Shown: positions 28,644 through 43,147 of the stretch, one piece after another | Layout of the letters: the number at the start of each line of letters is the position of its first letter | How positions within the stretch are numbered: position 1 is the stretch's first letter | NCBI RefSeq assembly: GCF_009914755.1 | Contig: NC_060933.1 | Length of the DNA: 64,000 nt | DNA from: the human T2T-CHM13v2.0 reference genome, Homo sapiens | Reading direction: 5' to 3' (one strand) | Translations under genes and position numbers: made by a program | Notes under the pieces: generated by a model | The model's input: only the letters and a program-made list of their open reading frames with translations | Databases searched by the model: none | Told to the model about the DNA's origin: nothing

Positions 28644-29234
28644 GGAAAAACAACAAAACAAGAGTGCTCATCAAGTACTATGTGAAAGTCTATGTTTATG
28701 TACCAACATAGTAATACCGTTCATTTACATGGCTATTTATAGTTTTAAAAGTGCTTTTACATTTATTATATAATTGGGTGATATAATCTGGATACTTGAA
28801 AGCATACCAGATATACCTTCACCCAATGGTTTTCTTACCACTAAATTCAAGGTAGATATGCTTTTCAGGCATTGCCTTGACTAAAAAGGTAACATGAAAT
28901 AAACTCCTCTAGTCCCATATAGATTTTAGACAAAGAAAACAAAAAGATGACAAACATTGTCTCCCTCGTGTGAAACCAAAATTCATAAGAGGGGCTTTTA
29001 TGAAAGGTTTCCCAACAGTACCAGACTACAACCTAACAATTCACTCTTCCAAGATTAAGTGCTTCACCTTGAGGGTTATTTTTATGGCTGCTTCTAACTG
29101 TGGTGCTTCACCTTAGCCATAAAATATCACCTCAGAGGGATGAGCTAATGGTGTGTGTGAAGATGTTTCTCCTGGGAACCGTCATGAGTGAGAAACACAA
29201 TCAGGGAATAGCATGTTGCATGCAAAGCATGTGA

Positions 29235-29450
29235 CAGAGGAGTGGAGAGAACACAGACTTTGGAGTCCAACTATCTTGCATCCAAACCAAGGTTATTGTA
29301 CTTATTAACTTGAAGGCCCAGAGCAGCTTATGTAACAACCCTGAGCTTTATTTTCCTTATCTGTATAATGGAGGCAGTAATATCCTTTCCTTATAAGGTT
29401 ATTGGGAAGATGAACTGTAATATTGAATGTAAAATATTTATTTGTTGCTC
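29235..29450 (+). mobile_element. MIR
   Basis: gtggagagaacacagactttggagtc...ttttccttatctgtataatggagg...gggaagatgaa. Confidence 0.7.
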
Positions 29451-29739
29451 AAGATATTAAATAATAAGGATATTCATTGCCCATCTATTATTAGACCTGT
29501 GTCCCTCCTATTGCAGTTTTCCAGGCAGAAACCCAAGAGGGTATAAACCAAGGAATTCATTGCAGGGAAATGAAGAGGAGGAGAAAGCTTTAGTCTAGGA
29601 TGGCTTCCCAGATTCTGACTTGGGCATCTGGATGATTTTGAAGATGATATTTACTAAAACCAGAAATACAGAGAGATGGTAGAATGAGAGTGAGAAAGAG
29701 AATGAGAGAGAGTAGAGAGAGAAAGAGAGAGAAATTGCG

Positions 29740-29850
29740 TAATATGTATGTCTTGTTCACCCCTGAATTCTCAGCTCCTAGCAAAGTTCCTGGCACATAG
29801 TAGGCAATATAATAGATATGTGTTAATAAATAAATGAATAATGAGCAAAT
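29740..29850 (+). mobile_element. L2 3' end
   Basis: tcttgttcacc...cctggcacatagtaggc...aaatgaata. Confidence 0.75.
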
Positions 29851-29898
29851 CATACACTGAGATCACCCAGCCTAATTCAGGGCCCATATATATTTAAA

Positions 29899-30540
29899 AT
29901 TTTTTATTTTATTTCAGTAATGTTTGGGGAACAGGTGGTTTTTGGCTACATGGATAAGTTCGTTAGTGATGATTTTGGAGACTTTGGTGAACTCATCACC
30001 TGAGCAGTGTACACTGTGCTCAATGTGTAGTCTTTTATCCCTGATCCCCCACCCACCCTTCCCCCAAGTCCCCAAAGTTCATTGTATCATTCTTATGCCT
30101 TTGCATACTCATAGCTTAGCTCCTACTTAAAAGTGAGAACATAAGATATTTGGTTTCCCATTCCTGAGTTACTTCACTTAGAATAATGGTCTCTAACTCA
30201 ATCCAGGTTGCGTGAATGTCATTATTTCATTTGTTTTATGGCTGAGTAGTATTCCATGGTGTATATATACCACATTTTCTTTATCCACTTGTTGGTTGAT
30301 AGGCATTTGGGTTGGTTCCATATTTTTGCAATTGCAAATTGTGCTGCTATAAACATGCATGTGCAAGTGTCTCTTTCATATAATGACTCCTTTTCCTCTG
30401 GGTAGATACCCAGTAGTGGGATTGCTGGATCAAATGGTAATTCTGCTTTCAGTTATTTAAGGAACCTCCACACTGTTTTCCATAGTGGTTGTACTAGTTT
30501 GCATTCCCTCCAGTAGTGTAAAAGTGTTCCCTTTTCACAG
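29899..30540 (-). mobile_element. L1PB-type 3' fragment
   Basis: tttggggaacaggtggtttttggctacatggataagtt...gggtagatacccagtagtgggattgctggatcaaatggt. Confidence 0.9.
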
Positions 30541-31563
30541 TGCCTATATTTGAATTAGATATATGATCAAAATAAATATATGTCAGAATATTCTCATCAA
30601 AAATATATAAATATCTAACTTGGCATGTATGCCCTTTATCAAGGGCTACAATAAAAGACTTGCATAGCAATTCAAATGAAATGGATTGAGAATGAAAAAT
30701 ACAGAAGGGTAACATTACCTAGATACATCAGGAAACAGTTTCTTTTCCAGGCTTAATGTGCTAGGAAGTAAGAGATACTACTGTTTTCCATCTCACATTT
30801 CTATCTGGATGTGTACAAGTGTAAGAAACTATTGGCCTCAGGCAAGAATCTTGTCACCTCTCATAAATTCATAGTGCTTCCCCTTGTCTCCGCCTGAAGA
30901 CTTGCAAGTGACACAGAACCATTCACCAGCTAGACTTCATCTTTTGGGTCAGGACTGAATCAATGTGGTTAGAAAAAGTGTATGTTAAACAAAAGGTAGC
31001 CTGGACCTTTGCATGGAAAGATCTTTATTTTAATGTACTTATTAGACAGCTATTTTCAGATTCCCTTAAATATATCCATTCCTAGAACAAATTTTCTTCC
31101 TATTTTGTGGTATATTTTACTTTTCTCTCCTTTGAGAGAGTCTTGTCTTCCATACCACTGTAGGCAAGCAGATAATCTATCTGCTATTTATACAGTACAT
31201 CTATTTTTCCAAAAGCATTGGTCTCTAGGAAGCAAGGTGCTATTATAATTGCCTATTTTCATTTGTTACTTCATCATGAAAGCAGGCTAAAAATGAGGGC
31301 GTGAGAAGGCCACGTTCAGCAGCTGCCTGTCTCAAAGAGGAAATGGGCAAAAGAGGCCTTTTCAGTCATAGACCAGGTTCAACTGCCTTTTAGGATTACT
31401 GATGAGGTAAGCTTTATCATTTTAAAGTGTAAGTAAGTCATGGGGTTTTTGAAGTGAATTGTATCACTTTAAAAATAAGGATCAAGGTCTTTGGAAAATC
31501 AATTAGCCCCTGTATTTGAACAGATGGGATACATACACCTCTCTCAGAACTTCTGTGCTTTGA

Positions 31564-31867
<304 letters not shown>

Positions 31868-32949
31868 AATCTAATTTTTTTTTTTTTTTTAAGGTAAGCA
31901 TTCTTTAACATACGTGGAAAAGAGTGATCTTTAAAAAACAATGCTAATACATTAAAGAGCCATTTGTTATATGCACAAGTTAGCAGCGTACAATTTGATA
32001 CAAAATTAGCAACTGATAATTCTGAAAAACAGCAATTTCTTCTTACTAGGAAAGCCACACAATGGCCTGAATTCTTCTCCCTGCAATGGACGCAGCGATG
32101 GAGGCAGGATATACTCATACACCTGACATGGCAAAATTGGGCCAAGTAGTATGTTAATGGTGCCCTTTGTCATGAGTAAATGCATTGAAAACATTTATTA
32201 GGAATTGCCACAGAGTTCTAGGAACCACTGGAAGCAAAATAAAGTCATTCTGTGACTGCTTAAAATCACCTTGGGAATCCCAGCAGTCGTGGAGTTGGGC
32301 AGATTTAGGTGATCTAAATCAACGTCTATGTCTCTTGTATAAGACTTAATTTTATCTCTGCTTTTCTGAGTGGGCTAAAAATCCTTGTGATTATCTTCCC
32401 CTTCTTAACGTCCCCTTATGAATGCTTGTTTTCTTCTTATTCGTTCACATACTCTCCCCTTTCTACTCCCTCCCTTCCTGCTTTTCTTTTCTCTGTGCTT
32501 GAGGTTTGGGAGATGAAAGGAAAGAAACAGAATTCCACTCCGGGCTTCTTCTGATCCTCTGCTGACCCCAGCCCTAACAGCATGGGAGAGTTCAGTATGA
32601 CTAACTCCTCCATCCACGCTGCTTTTCCTCAGCTTGTGATGGAAATTTTGTTCAGACCAGTGTAGAACTCCTTGGATTCTGGCATATGACTTCTCTAGCA
32701 GGGAGTAGGCCATTTGTGCCGATGGATATGGGGAGTCAGTGCAGGAGGAAAGAGGACCTTTCTTCATCATCACAGACTCTGAACCACTATGTTAGAACTG
32801 GAAGGGACTCCACAGAAATCCTTGCCCAATTTATTTATTCATGCCACAAACATTTTCCAAGAATCTGTGTTAAGCACTGGGGATGCAGAAATATAAATCC
32901 TTTAGAATCTCTCTTATTATGGATAAATATAATAATAATACAAAGTTGA

Positions 32950-33183
32950 ATATATATATATGTGTGTGTATATATATGTGTGTATATATGTGTGTATATA
33001 TGTGTGTATATATATGTGTGTATATATATGTGTATATATATGTGTGTATATATATGTGTATATATATGTGTGTATATATATGTGTATATATATGAGTGTA
33101 TATATATGTGTATATATATATGAGTGTATATATATATGTGTGCGTATATGTGTATATATATATATATGTATGTATATATATAG
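32950..33183. repeat. (TA/TG)n compound alternating purine-pyrimidine repeat
   Basis: ~230 bp of tatatatgtgtg units. Confidence 0.97.
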
Positions 33184-33899
33184 ACAAAGTTCTACGGAAG
33201 CTCAGAAGAAAGAACCACTAGTTCCAAGGTTGAGAGGAGGGAAGATTTTACCAAGTAGTGGACATGCAAAGGCCCAGAGAAATAAAAGCACACAGATAAT
33301 TCACTGAAGGAAGGAAGTGTGAGAGTATAGGCATGAAGTCTATGGAAGTGAAATAAGATAAAGACAATAAAGTGAGTCATGAAATTAAGATGTCATTGAT
33401 AATCTTGACGTCCATGTTGGTGGAATAGTTGAATCCAACTATAGTGAGACATCAGGATATGAGAAGAAAAACTAAGTTTTCTAAGAAGTTTGATGGTGGA
33501 TAAGAGATGAACAGTTTAGACATTTAATTAGGATGCTGAGTAAAGGAAAAAAATATATATGATAGAAGACATTTGAAGAGTTTTGTTTTGTTTTGCAAAT
33601 AGGAACGGACCAAGAGAGAAAAAAATCTGATGGGACAAGAGAGGTTAAAACAGAAGCATGTTCCTGGAGATAATAAGGAAAAGATGTGAACAGATTATCA
33701 TTTAATGGATTAGCATTGTATTGGGCAGCAGCCACCTTTCATTATCAGGAGACAGAAAGAGATAAAAATCTGTGTTGCCACCTGCAAAATACGAAGGGAG
33801 AGTAGAGAAGGGAGCTGAGTGTGGAAAACAAAAGGCTTGTAGAGAAACAGAAAGCGAAGTGACCAAGAAAGGACCATGATGCTCAAGCTCAACATTTCC

Positions 33900-35150
33900 A
33901 GTAATCAGAGAAACACCATTTCACTCTCAGAAAATTGACAAAACCCAACAATCCGCAAGCAAACAAATAGCAATCTGACAATTTCAAGTGTTGGCAAGTG
34001 TGTGGAGCAGTGAGAGCTCTTATGGCTTTTTGCTACACCTGCTTTGAGAGCACTTTGGCACAATGTGGTAAAGATGCAATCATACTTCCAGGTATGCAGT
34101 GGGGGACCTCTTATGCATGTGCACAAGGAAGATATAACCTAAGTGGCCATCAATAAGATACACATTTGAAAATGTGGTATATTAATTGGGCCACTCTTCA
34201 GAAGTTAAAATGGACTAGGGATGCATCTATCAAAGTGGAAACACATTTATGACACAATGTTGAGGGAAGAAAAGCTCGCTGTAGAATGGTATGAATGGTA
34301 AGGAACTATTTATGAAAAATTCAAATCCCACAGAACAATTTTATATATCATTAATGAATACATCTGCATATGTGGAAGTAAAAAAAAAATAGACAAGAAA
34401 AGATATACAGCTCAAACATATTGTATCTCTCACATTGTATTTTGTAAAACACACCCGAAGATACGCACACAATGGAATATCAGGCAGCAATAAGAATAAC
34501 CAATCCAGGCCAGGTGCGGTGGCTCATGCCTGTAATCCCAGCACTTTTGGAGGCCAAGGCGGGTGGATCACCTGAGGTCAGGAGTTTGAGACTAGCCTGG
34601 CTAATGTGGTAAAACCCTGTTTCTACTAAAAATACAAAAAAATAGCCAGGTGTGGTAATGCGTGCCTGTAATCCCAGCTACTCAGGAGGCTGAGGCAGGA
34701 TTATTGCTTGAACCTGGGAGGCAGAGGTTTCAGTGAGCCAACATCACCCCACTGCATTCTAGCTTGGGCAACAAGAGTGAGACTCCATCTCAAAAAAAAA
34801 AAAAAAAAAAGTCTGCAACTGCATGCGACTGTATGGATAAACCTTGCAAATATAAGGTTGGGCAAATGAAACCAGACACTGACAAATACATATTGCATGA
34901 TTTATATAAAAACAAAAGTCCATGTATCCTGATAGGAGTCAGAATGTGGGGGTTGGGGGGTGCTTAGAAACTGTAAGTGGGTATAGATGTGGTCATACAT
35001 GATGCTTGTAATGTCCTATATTTTTATCTAATTTTTGGTTGCACAGGTGTTTTCAACTTATGAAAAGTCATTAAACTGTACACTTAGTAAATATTTAGTA
35101 AACTGAACGTATGCTATATTGCAACAAAGTGTGTGAAAATGCCATTTGAA
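33900..35150 (+). mobile_element. Ancient L1M (L1ME-like) ORF2 end / 3'UTR fragments
   Basis: caagtgttggcaagtgtgtggagcag...aactgtacacttag...atgctatattgcaacaaag; split by an Alu. Confidence 0.65.
34508..34810 (+). mobile_element. AluS (Sq-like)
   Basis: Full Alu, gggcaacaagagtgag, poly-A. Confidence 0.95.
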
Positions 35151-35663
35151 AAAGGAAAGTAGTTTTGGGGTAAAACGGCGTATTAACATTTATTTACTCT
35201 TGGTTGATGGGCTTATAGTTGTTTTTATGATATGTCCTTGTTGTTAATTTAGAATATTTCATCACAAAAAAGGAACACAGGAACCAACTTAAATTAAGAA
35301 TTACAAATAGTAGATGGCACCAATCAACAGAGAGAGAGACAACACACAATTTGGAGCCCAGAGAGCCCAAGAGATCTGCTTGTGGCAAAACCGAAAAAGG
35401 AATCAAGTCTCTTCACTTCTCACTGCAATGCAGTGCTGTCTTTTGCATATATATTGTCACAAGCTTTATCTTTTCACTTTTTACTTTGGAAACTGATTCA
35501 ACTTCTGCCTTTAAGTCTTGTGCAGTACTCTTACACTGTGTTAGTAACTATATTAATTACCAATTAAAGAACTTTGCAACCCTCCTAGCAGCTGTAGATA
35601 TTTTTAAACATGGGGATTTGAGCTAGTTGAAAGAATGACAATGTTTCCTTTTCTGCTTTTCAG

Positions 35664-35774
35664 ACTTTCCCCAAAGCCTCTATGAGACTATTTTATAAGA
35701 TACACCAGGATAAGATCAAAGCCCTTCCAAGAGGGTCTGGCATTCTCTATCTTTTTGGTTGCCAAAATAAAAAC
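35664..35774 (+). other. Candidate internal exon (111 nt)
   Basis: gtttccttttctgcttttcag| ... aac|gtaagt; open phase-0 frame; no recognised protein. Confidence 0.3.
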
Positions 35775-38189
35775 GTAAGTCAAATTCAACACTATTAATG
35801 GATAATATGTTCCCACTCTCTCTGTCCTTTTGAAAAAGAGACTGAGAGTTTTACTTTGGAAATTCAGTGATAGTGAGTTTGATTTTAAATACACCAAAGA
35901 GTTGGAAACTATCTTTTAGATAATAGAACTTTCAAACAGTGTGGAAGATTTTTCAGGGAAGTCCAACAGACTTCAACTCACTATGAATAAATAAAATCGA
36001 GAATAAAATGTCCTTTGTAGCATGCTTTCTCCTCTCCCCGATATGTGTGCAATTCCTGTGCCCTGCATTCGCTTTTTAATGCTCAGATAATCCCAGGTTT
36101 TTAATCCATGTCACTTCAGCACGTCACACTTGATTGCAGAATTTGGGGAAGACAATGAGTGCTGCTGAAATGTGAGACACTCCTCCAGACTTTAGTTTAC
36201 TGTGTAAAGACAGGTAGGAAGAGCCTTCTAGATTTAACTCTCATATATCATAAAGCTAAAGCAACGAGAAAACTATACATTTCACATTAAAGTTGGGCAT
36301 TTCTCTTCAGAGAGAAGTTGAGCCGAATAGCACTTGTTAATTCCGAGGTTCAGCACACTCCTAGGAGCCTGTTAATATTTGCTGCCCCCTGTAGTTTGCT
36401 CTTGTAAAAATCCTTAAAAAATCAAGAGAGCTATTTAAAACTCCAGTTGCTCTTTTAAATCTGACACACTTGTGGAATTTCATTTCCTATCTTTTTTCAG
36501 TCCAACTCCACACATCAGAGTGTTGACATGGGGCAAGACAAGGGAATACTACTGTGAGCAGTAGTGATTTCATTTAAGTGAATAAACTGGGGGAAATGAT
36601 TGCCTTTTAAACATGCAGACTATATTGCACGGAGAAAGCCTGCTCACATAAATATAATTTTCTTTAAAAAGGCAGAGGAAGCTTCTGTTAATTGAACTAC
36701 TTTCTCAATTTCCTATTGCCTTCAGAATTGGTTATGGACATGATTTCCATTGTCTCCAATCACAATAGCTTCTAATAACATTAAGCTTAAAATAATACAG
36801 AAGAACAGGACAGACTTGTGGTTTGTTCATTTGCTGAAACTAATATAGATGGCAGAAATTTTACCCAAGCTTAAAATAGCATAAAATAGCATATAGAACA
36901 CAAAAGTCAACACTGGCTCAATGATGAATGAAATTTCATTATAAAGAATCACAACCTAACATCTAATTTTAGTAAAAATTTTGGAACTAGTTATTGCCAC
37001 AAACAAATGCTGGGGCAGAAGATAATAAAACTGTTTACTTTATCAATAGATTAATGAAGAGGAGTAGGTAATTCTGAGATAATATCATCCCATAGTCTGT
37101 GTGACTTGAATAGTTTCAGGTTTAATTTCATGATTCAATTGGCCTGCATATACGTAACTCCCAGAAAGATTATAGATGAGTGCAATTAATTTGTACAGTG
37201 CTAAAGCTTCCCACAGGCACATAAAACATTCCCTTTAGTTCCTTTAGAGTTAATATTACAGATTCAGGTTATTTTTCATCAGAAATGAATCCCAAAGTTG
37301 ATAATTCCAATCAAATTGGTAAAAATAAAAGCATACCTACAGTTGCTTTGAGATCAAGAAAGAGAACTGTAGATTAGTTCTAATTTTATATAGGTAACTG
37401 AAGTGAATAAATGCCTCTTTCTAAAAAGATAAAAACAAATTAAAGGCTTTTGATAGGAGAAACTTTAATATATCTACAATACTGTGAAATACATCAGGAT
37501 AAATTATGTTTGCTGATGATCATTTTCATTATGAAACTCTTACAATATAGCCATAATATTTCATTTTGTTGAGGTAGAGACAGAGGCCAAAATCTATCAA
37601 TCAAGGAATATTTATTAAATGCCTGTGGGTTCCCTGCTGAAGGGAATATTGAACAAGCGTAAGTCGTAGACACTCATCTCAAGGTACATGCAGACTGACT
37701 CATAGCTAAATGAGTGAAAAGACAATAAGCATAAGAGAAGTTTACAAAGAGATGTTTTTTTTTCGTAGCATGGTCAGAAGGTATGGATTGAGCTGGGCTG
37801 GAATTTAGATAAGAAGACAGATGTGCAGGTTGAAGGGATCAGAAAGTGCTTCTGAGGGTTGATACACTAAGTGAAGCTTTGAGGTAAGCTACCACATAGT
37901 GATGGTGTCTGGCTAAAAGCAGACACAGAGAATGTGTGGAAGATTTTGAACCTGGACCTAGAGAGTTTTGATATCCCCAGAGAGGGCCTTCGCCATGAGC
38001 TGTCTGCACCAGTAAAACAACACAGACAAGGATTTCTTAGTGGGACATACCTCCAGGGGAACCCAGGACTCAGTACCAACCTGAACAATGCTTTCAGGGT
38101 ACCCTGATGGAAAGACCTGGCCAGAAGTAAAGAGCCTCCTCTGGGAATCTGGTAAAGACGTTGGCAACCTGAGATATGGGGGGCACACA

Positions 38190-38410
38190 GCTGGAAAGAA
38201 TGCTGAGTTGGATAAACATTTGATTCCTTGTCACTTTCTTACTGTGTGAACTTCAGGATTGGCACCAAACTTCTCTGGCACTCCAACTCTTTATTTACAG
38301 AGTGAGGATTAGTAACACCCCATCTGCCTATATCATGGAACCTTAGCGAAAAGCAAATGAGATAATATGGCAAAAGTACTTTGTAAACTGTAAGATGCTA
38401 CATAATTAAA
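38190..38410 (+). mobile_element. MIR
   Basis: cttactgtgtgaacttcagg...aaatgagataatatggcaaaagtactttgtaaactgtaa. Confidence 0.65.
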
Positions 38411-41400
38411 GATTTGCATCAACATTCATGACACATTTTCTCTGATTCATTAGCTGAAATATGGTCACCATTAACCTTCTTCCACTCTTCCCTATTAATT
38501 CATTTCCATTTCTCACTTCTCTGCCCTAGACACTCTCTTTCCTGAAAGTTTCCCCTCCTCATCCCTTGTCAGTCTTCTCATGCCCTCAACTCTTATGTAT
38601 GATTTGTAGGACATTATCCATTTTTACTCATATTCTCTTTTATATAAGGATGTGTGCCTCTCAGTGGCATTATCAACTCTGAGAGAAAATGAACTTTTTT
38701 TTTTTCTTTTAAAATAACTATCTGAGAGCCCCAGGAATCTCCTATACTTGGAAGCAAAGAGTTGGGGATAGAGGGGAAGGAGAAGAAAACTGAAAGTTTG
38801 GTGATGGTGGCAGAGGAAAACCTAAGTACAAACTGACCCCATCCCAGGTAGCCTGACTGTTCTCTCATTCTACTCTTGGTGATTATTTATACAATGTAGA
38901 TGGCAATCCAGATTTCTATTTTATATGGATTGAATTGAATAACTACAAAATAATAATGAGTTAATAAAAGTATTGCATTACATTTTACATATATAAAATA
39001 GCATTCAAAAACTAAATTAAAATACAGAGGTTGAGTGAGATTTTATATTTTCTACATCAACTACTTTAATTGAGTATCTAATCCATAAGACTTGGCACGA
39101 ATAAGATCTCAATGCAATTTTTTTCAAACCTCAGGAAACAGCTTAATTTTTCCCCCACTGATGACAAATATTGTTCAATTATTACTAACACTGGTATGAT
39201 GGGACAGAATTTGGAGGACCATGCATATCAGACAGAGAAGTCATCTGTGAAAGGTCATATTAAGTAGGGGAAATAAAGTGATAGATTTTATTTTTTAACA
39301 AGACATGTTTGTTTTATATATAAAAAGACTATTTTCATGTTTCAATCAACTCACTGACAAAAGCAAAAATATAACTAGGAAGGCAAATAGGCAATAATGG
39401 AACATAAGTGGAGTATTTTAATAAAAGTGACTTCATGAAAATTTGTCATTTTGGATTATCTGCATCAGTGATCCACCTATCAAATGTCTCCCTTCATAAA
39501 TTTCTGTATCAGATAATTTTTTCTCTCTTAAAGAGAGCTGCAGAGCTAACGGAGAACCAGGCAAGATAAAAAAAAGATTGTTTATCTGCTGGGCAGGGCT
39601 TATAAAGCCATCTTGCATTTGCTACAGAGGCCTAATCCAAGAGCACCGTAATTATCATTTCTGAACCTGGGTCCCTCAACTGGCATTTCTCCTTTGACTT
39701 ACAACACCTGAAAACTAAAGGTAGCATGCCCTCTTTAACAAAAGTGAGTTGAACATAATGGACTCTGTGTTCCCGTATTTTTAAAATTGACTGTGTTCTC
39801 AAACATTAATTCAAGCAGTTGCACAATTCAAGGGATGGGATTGTGTCTCCGCATTTTTGTTGTTCAACTAGAGATCGGCATATCTCCCAGCTATGAGTAT
39901 GCATAAACAGCAACTGCAGGTAATACTTGGATGGTGTCAGAAAGGTCTCAAAGCAGAAATTTTCTGGAAAAGTGCACTAAACAGATTGTTTCCATTTTTG
40001 CTCCCCCCATCCTGCAAGTGGTAGCTGTTTCATGGCAAGGAGCAGTTGTGGGAAGGTTGTTGAGGGTGGTTTTAAAGGAAACAGCCTGTGTTTAGACTGG
40101 AGTAGTTGCCTGGAACCCACAAAAGTGAACGTTTCTCCTTTCACTTGCATTTGCAATGTGTCACAATGGGGATTGCTAAATTTCGCCCAGATGCTAGTAT
40201 ATGCATGTTTTAGGTATCCTTGTGGGTGAGTGCTTGGCAGTCGGCATGTTGCCTTTGAGAGTAGAGTAAAATGAGAGAAGTTCATCCGGTTAAAATCTAG
40301 ACATTCAAAGAGCAACAAGTATTTGTTAAAGTTTTTAGAATGGGAGCAGATAAACGATTTGGAAACATGAATCTTTGTGGAAAAACAAATCCAAATTATT
40401 CCAAACATGCTTGAACACATCTTCTTTTTGAGATCATTTTTCTTTCTTAAATTTTTTACTAAAATCTTTGGTCAGTGTAGATGTGTATCAAAACTGCATT
40501 GTCAAGCTGAGTAATGGACTATTCTATTCAACGACTGTTGGTCATTTTTAAGGCCGTGAGCGGACTTATATGACATACTATATAAATAATTTGTTAAAAT
40601 GATATTTCATAAAATAATTAGGTTCAAAGGTATTACCTTGGTGAAAAAGCACCATTAGAAAGTAATACAAATATCCCTTTTAATGTATCAAAATGTATGT
40701 TTAAAGGAGGCAACAGGTTATCATACCATTAAAATATTTGTGCACAGGAATGAAGATATTGACATTTAAAGAACATGATGGCAAAATAATGTTTTGGATT
40801 TTGCTAGAGTTTTCAAGAGTTTTAATTGCTCATCTAAAAACTGTAATAAAATGGCACAATCATAAACAATAAAGAACAAACCCAAATTTTGTATTGTAAA
40901 TGGAGTGAATGGTCCAAACTGTTCATTTTCAGAACTACACTATTATTAATTTTAAAATAATCAGTCCTTGGGTCAGGTCACTGTTTGCCCAGAATTTGAC
41001 CCTGCATGGTGGTGCTCCACCAATTTTCCTTTTGGATTACATTGATATATTTAAGTAGGTTGGGGATGGTCATGATGCTGTAGTAATGATAGTATAGCAG
41101 TATGAGTGACATAAGGTCTTTCTGTAGAATCTTCAAAATGCTGAGAAAGACAGTCTTGTTTGTAGTGAATAAACCAAATTAGCACTGAACACACATTAAA
41201 TGTGGGGGAAAATGGTCCCAAAGAATTTAGGATTGCAGTTGTAAAACAAATGCTTGGTTTAGCATAAGATTTCAGCAATGCTTTTTAGTAGGCATATTGA
41301 TATAATATTTTTGGCTTTGAAAGCCAAAACTGACAGCTTTATAGAATTCCATCCAACTTTAATTTTCATTTTTCAAAAGTAATAAATGTCTTGCTGACCT

Positions 41401-41839
41401 AAGTACAGGTAAGTACATGATGATAGCATTGATATCAGTAGGCTTTATCAGATTGGAAAAGGGGATATAGAAAAAAGGAGGAAAAGGACAGTATCAGGAC
41501 ACATGCAAGAAGGGCATTTGAACAGTTACTAAGAAAGGGCAAAACACAAGGAACAGAAAAAGGAGAAGCCAAAGAGTTTTCAGTGAGCTTCATGGGTTCA
41601 TTGGAGCTCAACAGCTCTGCACATATCCTGCAGTGTATACCACGACACAAATCTAACATTTGCATCTTCTGTACTCTGATTGTTTCTGATGGGTAAGAGT
41701 CTGAGCTCAGAAAGCCACCTAAACTGGCTGGGAAAAGTTCCAGAAGAGAAAGAAACAAGCCAATGGCAAAATTCCCTTTCCTCAATTATGACAGTGAACT
41801 ATTTCCATCAATATGAATGACTAGTCATAAATATTAATG

Positions 41840-42080
41840 ATAATGGTAAAAATGATACATTTGTAGAGCACTGTTAATTTTGCACATTTGTTTACATCTA
41901 TTGCCTCACAACAGCAGCATGCGATAAGTAGGGCAACACTTCTTATCTCCATTTCACAGATGAAAAACAAATGCAAAATGCTCCATGAAGTTTAAGTAAC
42001 TTATCCAAGCTCTCAGCAGTAAAGTAGTGACAGAGCAGAGGCTGGAACGTAGGTCTCCTGATTGCCAGCACTTAGCTGTT
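41840..42080 (-). mobile_element. MIR
   Basis: atctccatttcacagatgaaaaac...aagtaacttatccaag...agtgacagagcagaggctggaac. Confidence 0.75.
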
Positions 42081-42641
42081 TCCCTTCTTTCTCTGGCTAC
42101 TCCCAATTAATTAGCCATGCTAGTGTATCCTAAATCAGAAAATAAATTACTTGAAATGAGTGTAATTGCATCACGTTATTCATTGTTTCAGATGAGCATA
42201 TTCTCTTTCTAGATCTCATTGCTGTCCTTGGTCTGACTTTATAATTTCCTTTTGTTCTCTAACAAAAATAGTCATACTAATGATTTTCATACATATAAGA
42301 TGATGAAATCCTTCTCTGAAATTCCAGACACAGGCATAGGAACAAGTACCAGCTCTCTGGCTTTGTGTCAACAATTCTGGATAAATCTATTAAATTCTCT
42401 GAATCTTAATTTTCTTACTTGAAAAATAAGGGATTCAGATAGAGTGTTCCAGTCAGCCTTTTTCTACACAATTGCACATACACACACAGATATCCCATAT
42501 GCATAATCTCTATTCAGTTATTTATGAGTCTATTACTGTATTATCATATACTATGCACATATTGACATAATATTAATCTCATTTAGGCTTCCACCAGAGT
42601 TTCTAGGTATATGTGTGTTTATGACACTGTCATGTGACAGA

Positions 42642-43147
<506 letters not shown>

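Noticed and set aside
31394-31406. 13-nt microexon-like ttttag|gattactgatgag|gtaagc (also 10-37 and 24621-24703)
   Set aside because: Short pyrimidine tracts and frame-shifting lengths; indistinguishable from background pseudo-exons.
32405-32773. 122-aa minus-strand ORF with a basic C-terminus
   Set aside because: The basic tail derives from a pyrimidine tract on the + strand; no recognisable family.
32870-33307. Y/I/H/T- and C/V/Y/M-rich ORFs (also 55674-56066 and 59997-60554)
   Set aside because: Stop-free frames produced by microsatellites.
35307-35322. CTCF-like motif atagtagatggcac (also ccactaggtgcccc near 11460)
   Set aside because: Two mismatches each at informative positions; expected by chance in 64 kb.
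39977-40420. Longest non-repeat ORF (147 aa, minus strand)
   Set aside because: No recognisable domain, composition typical of a chance frame, and no convincing splice context.
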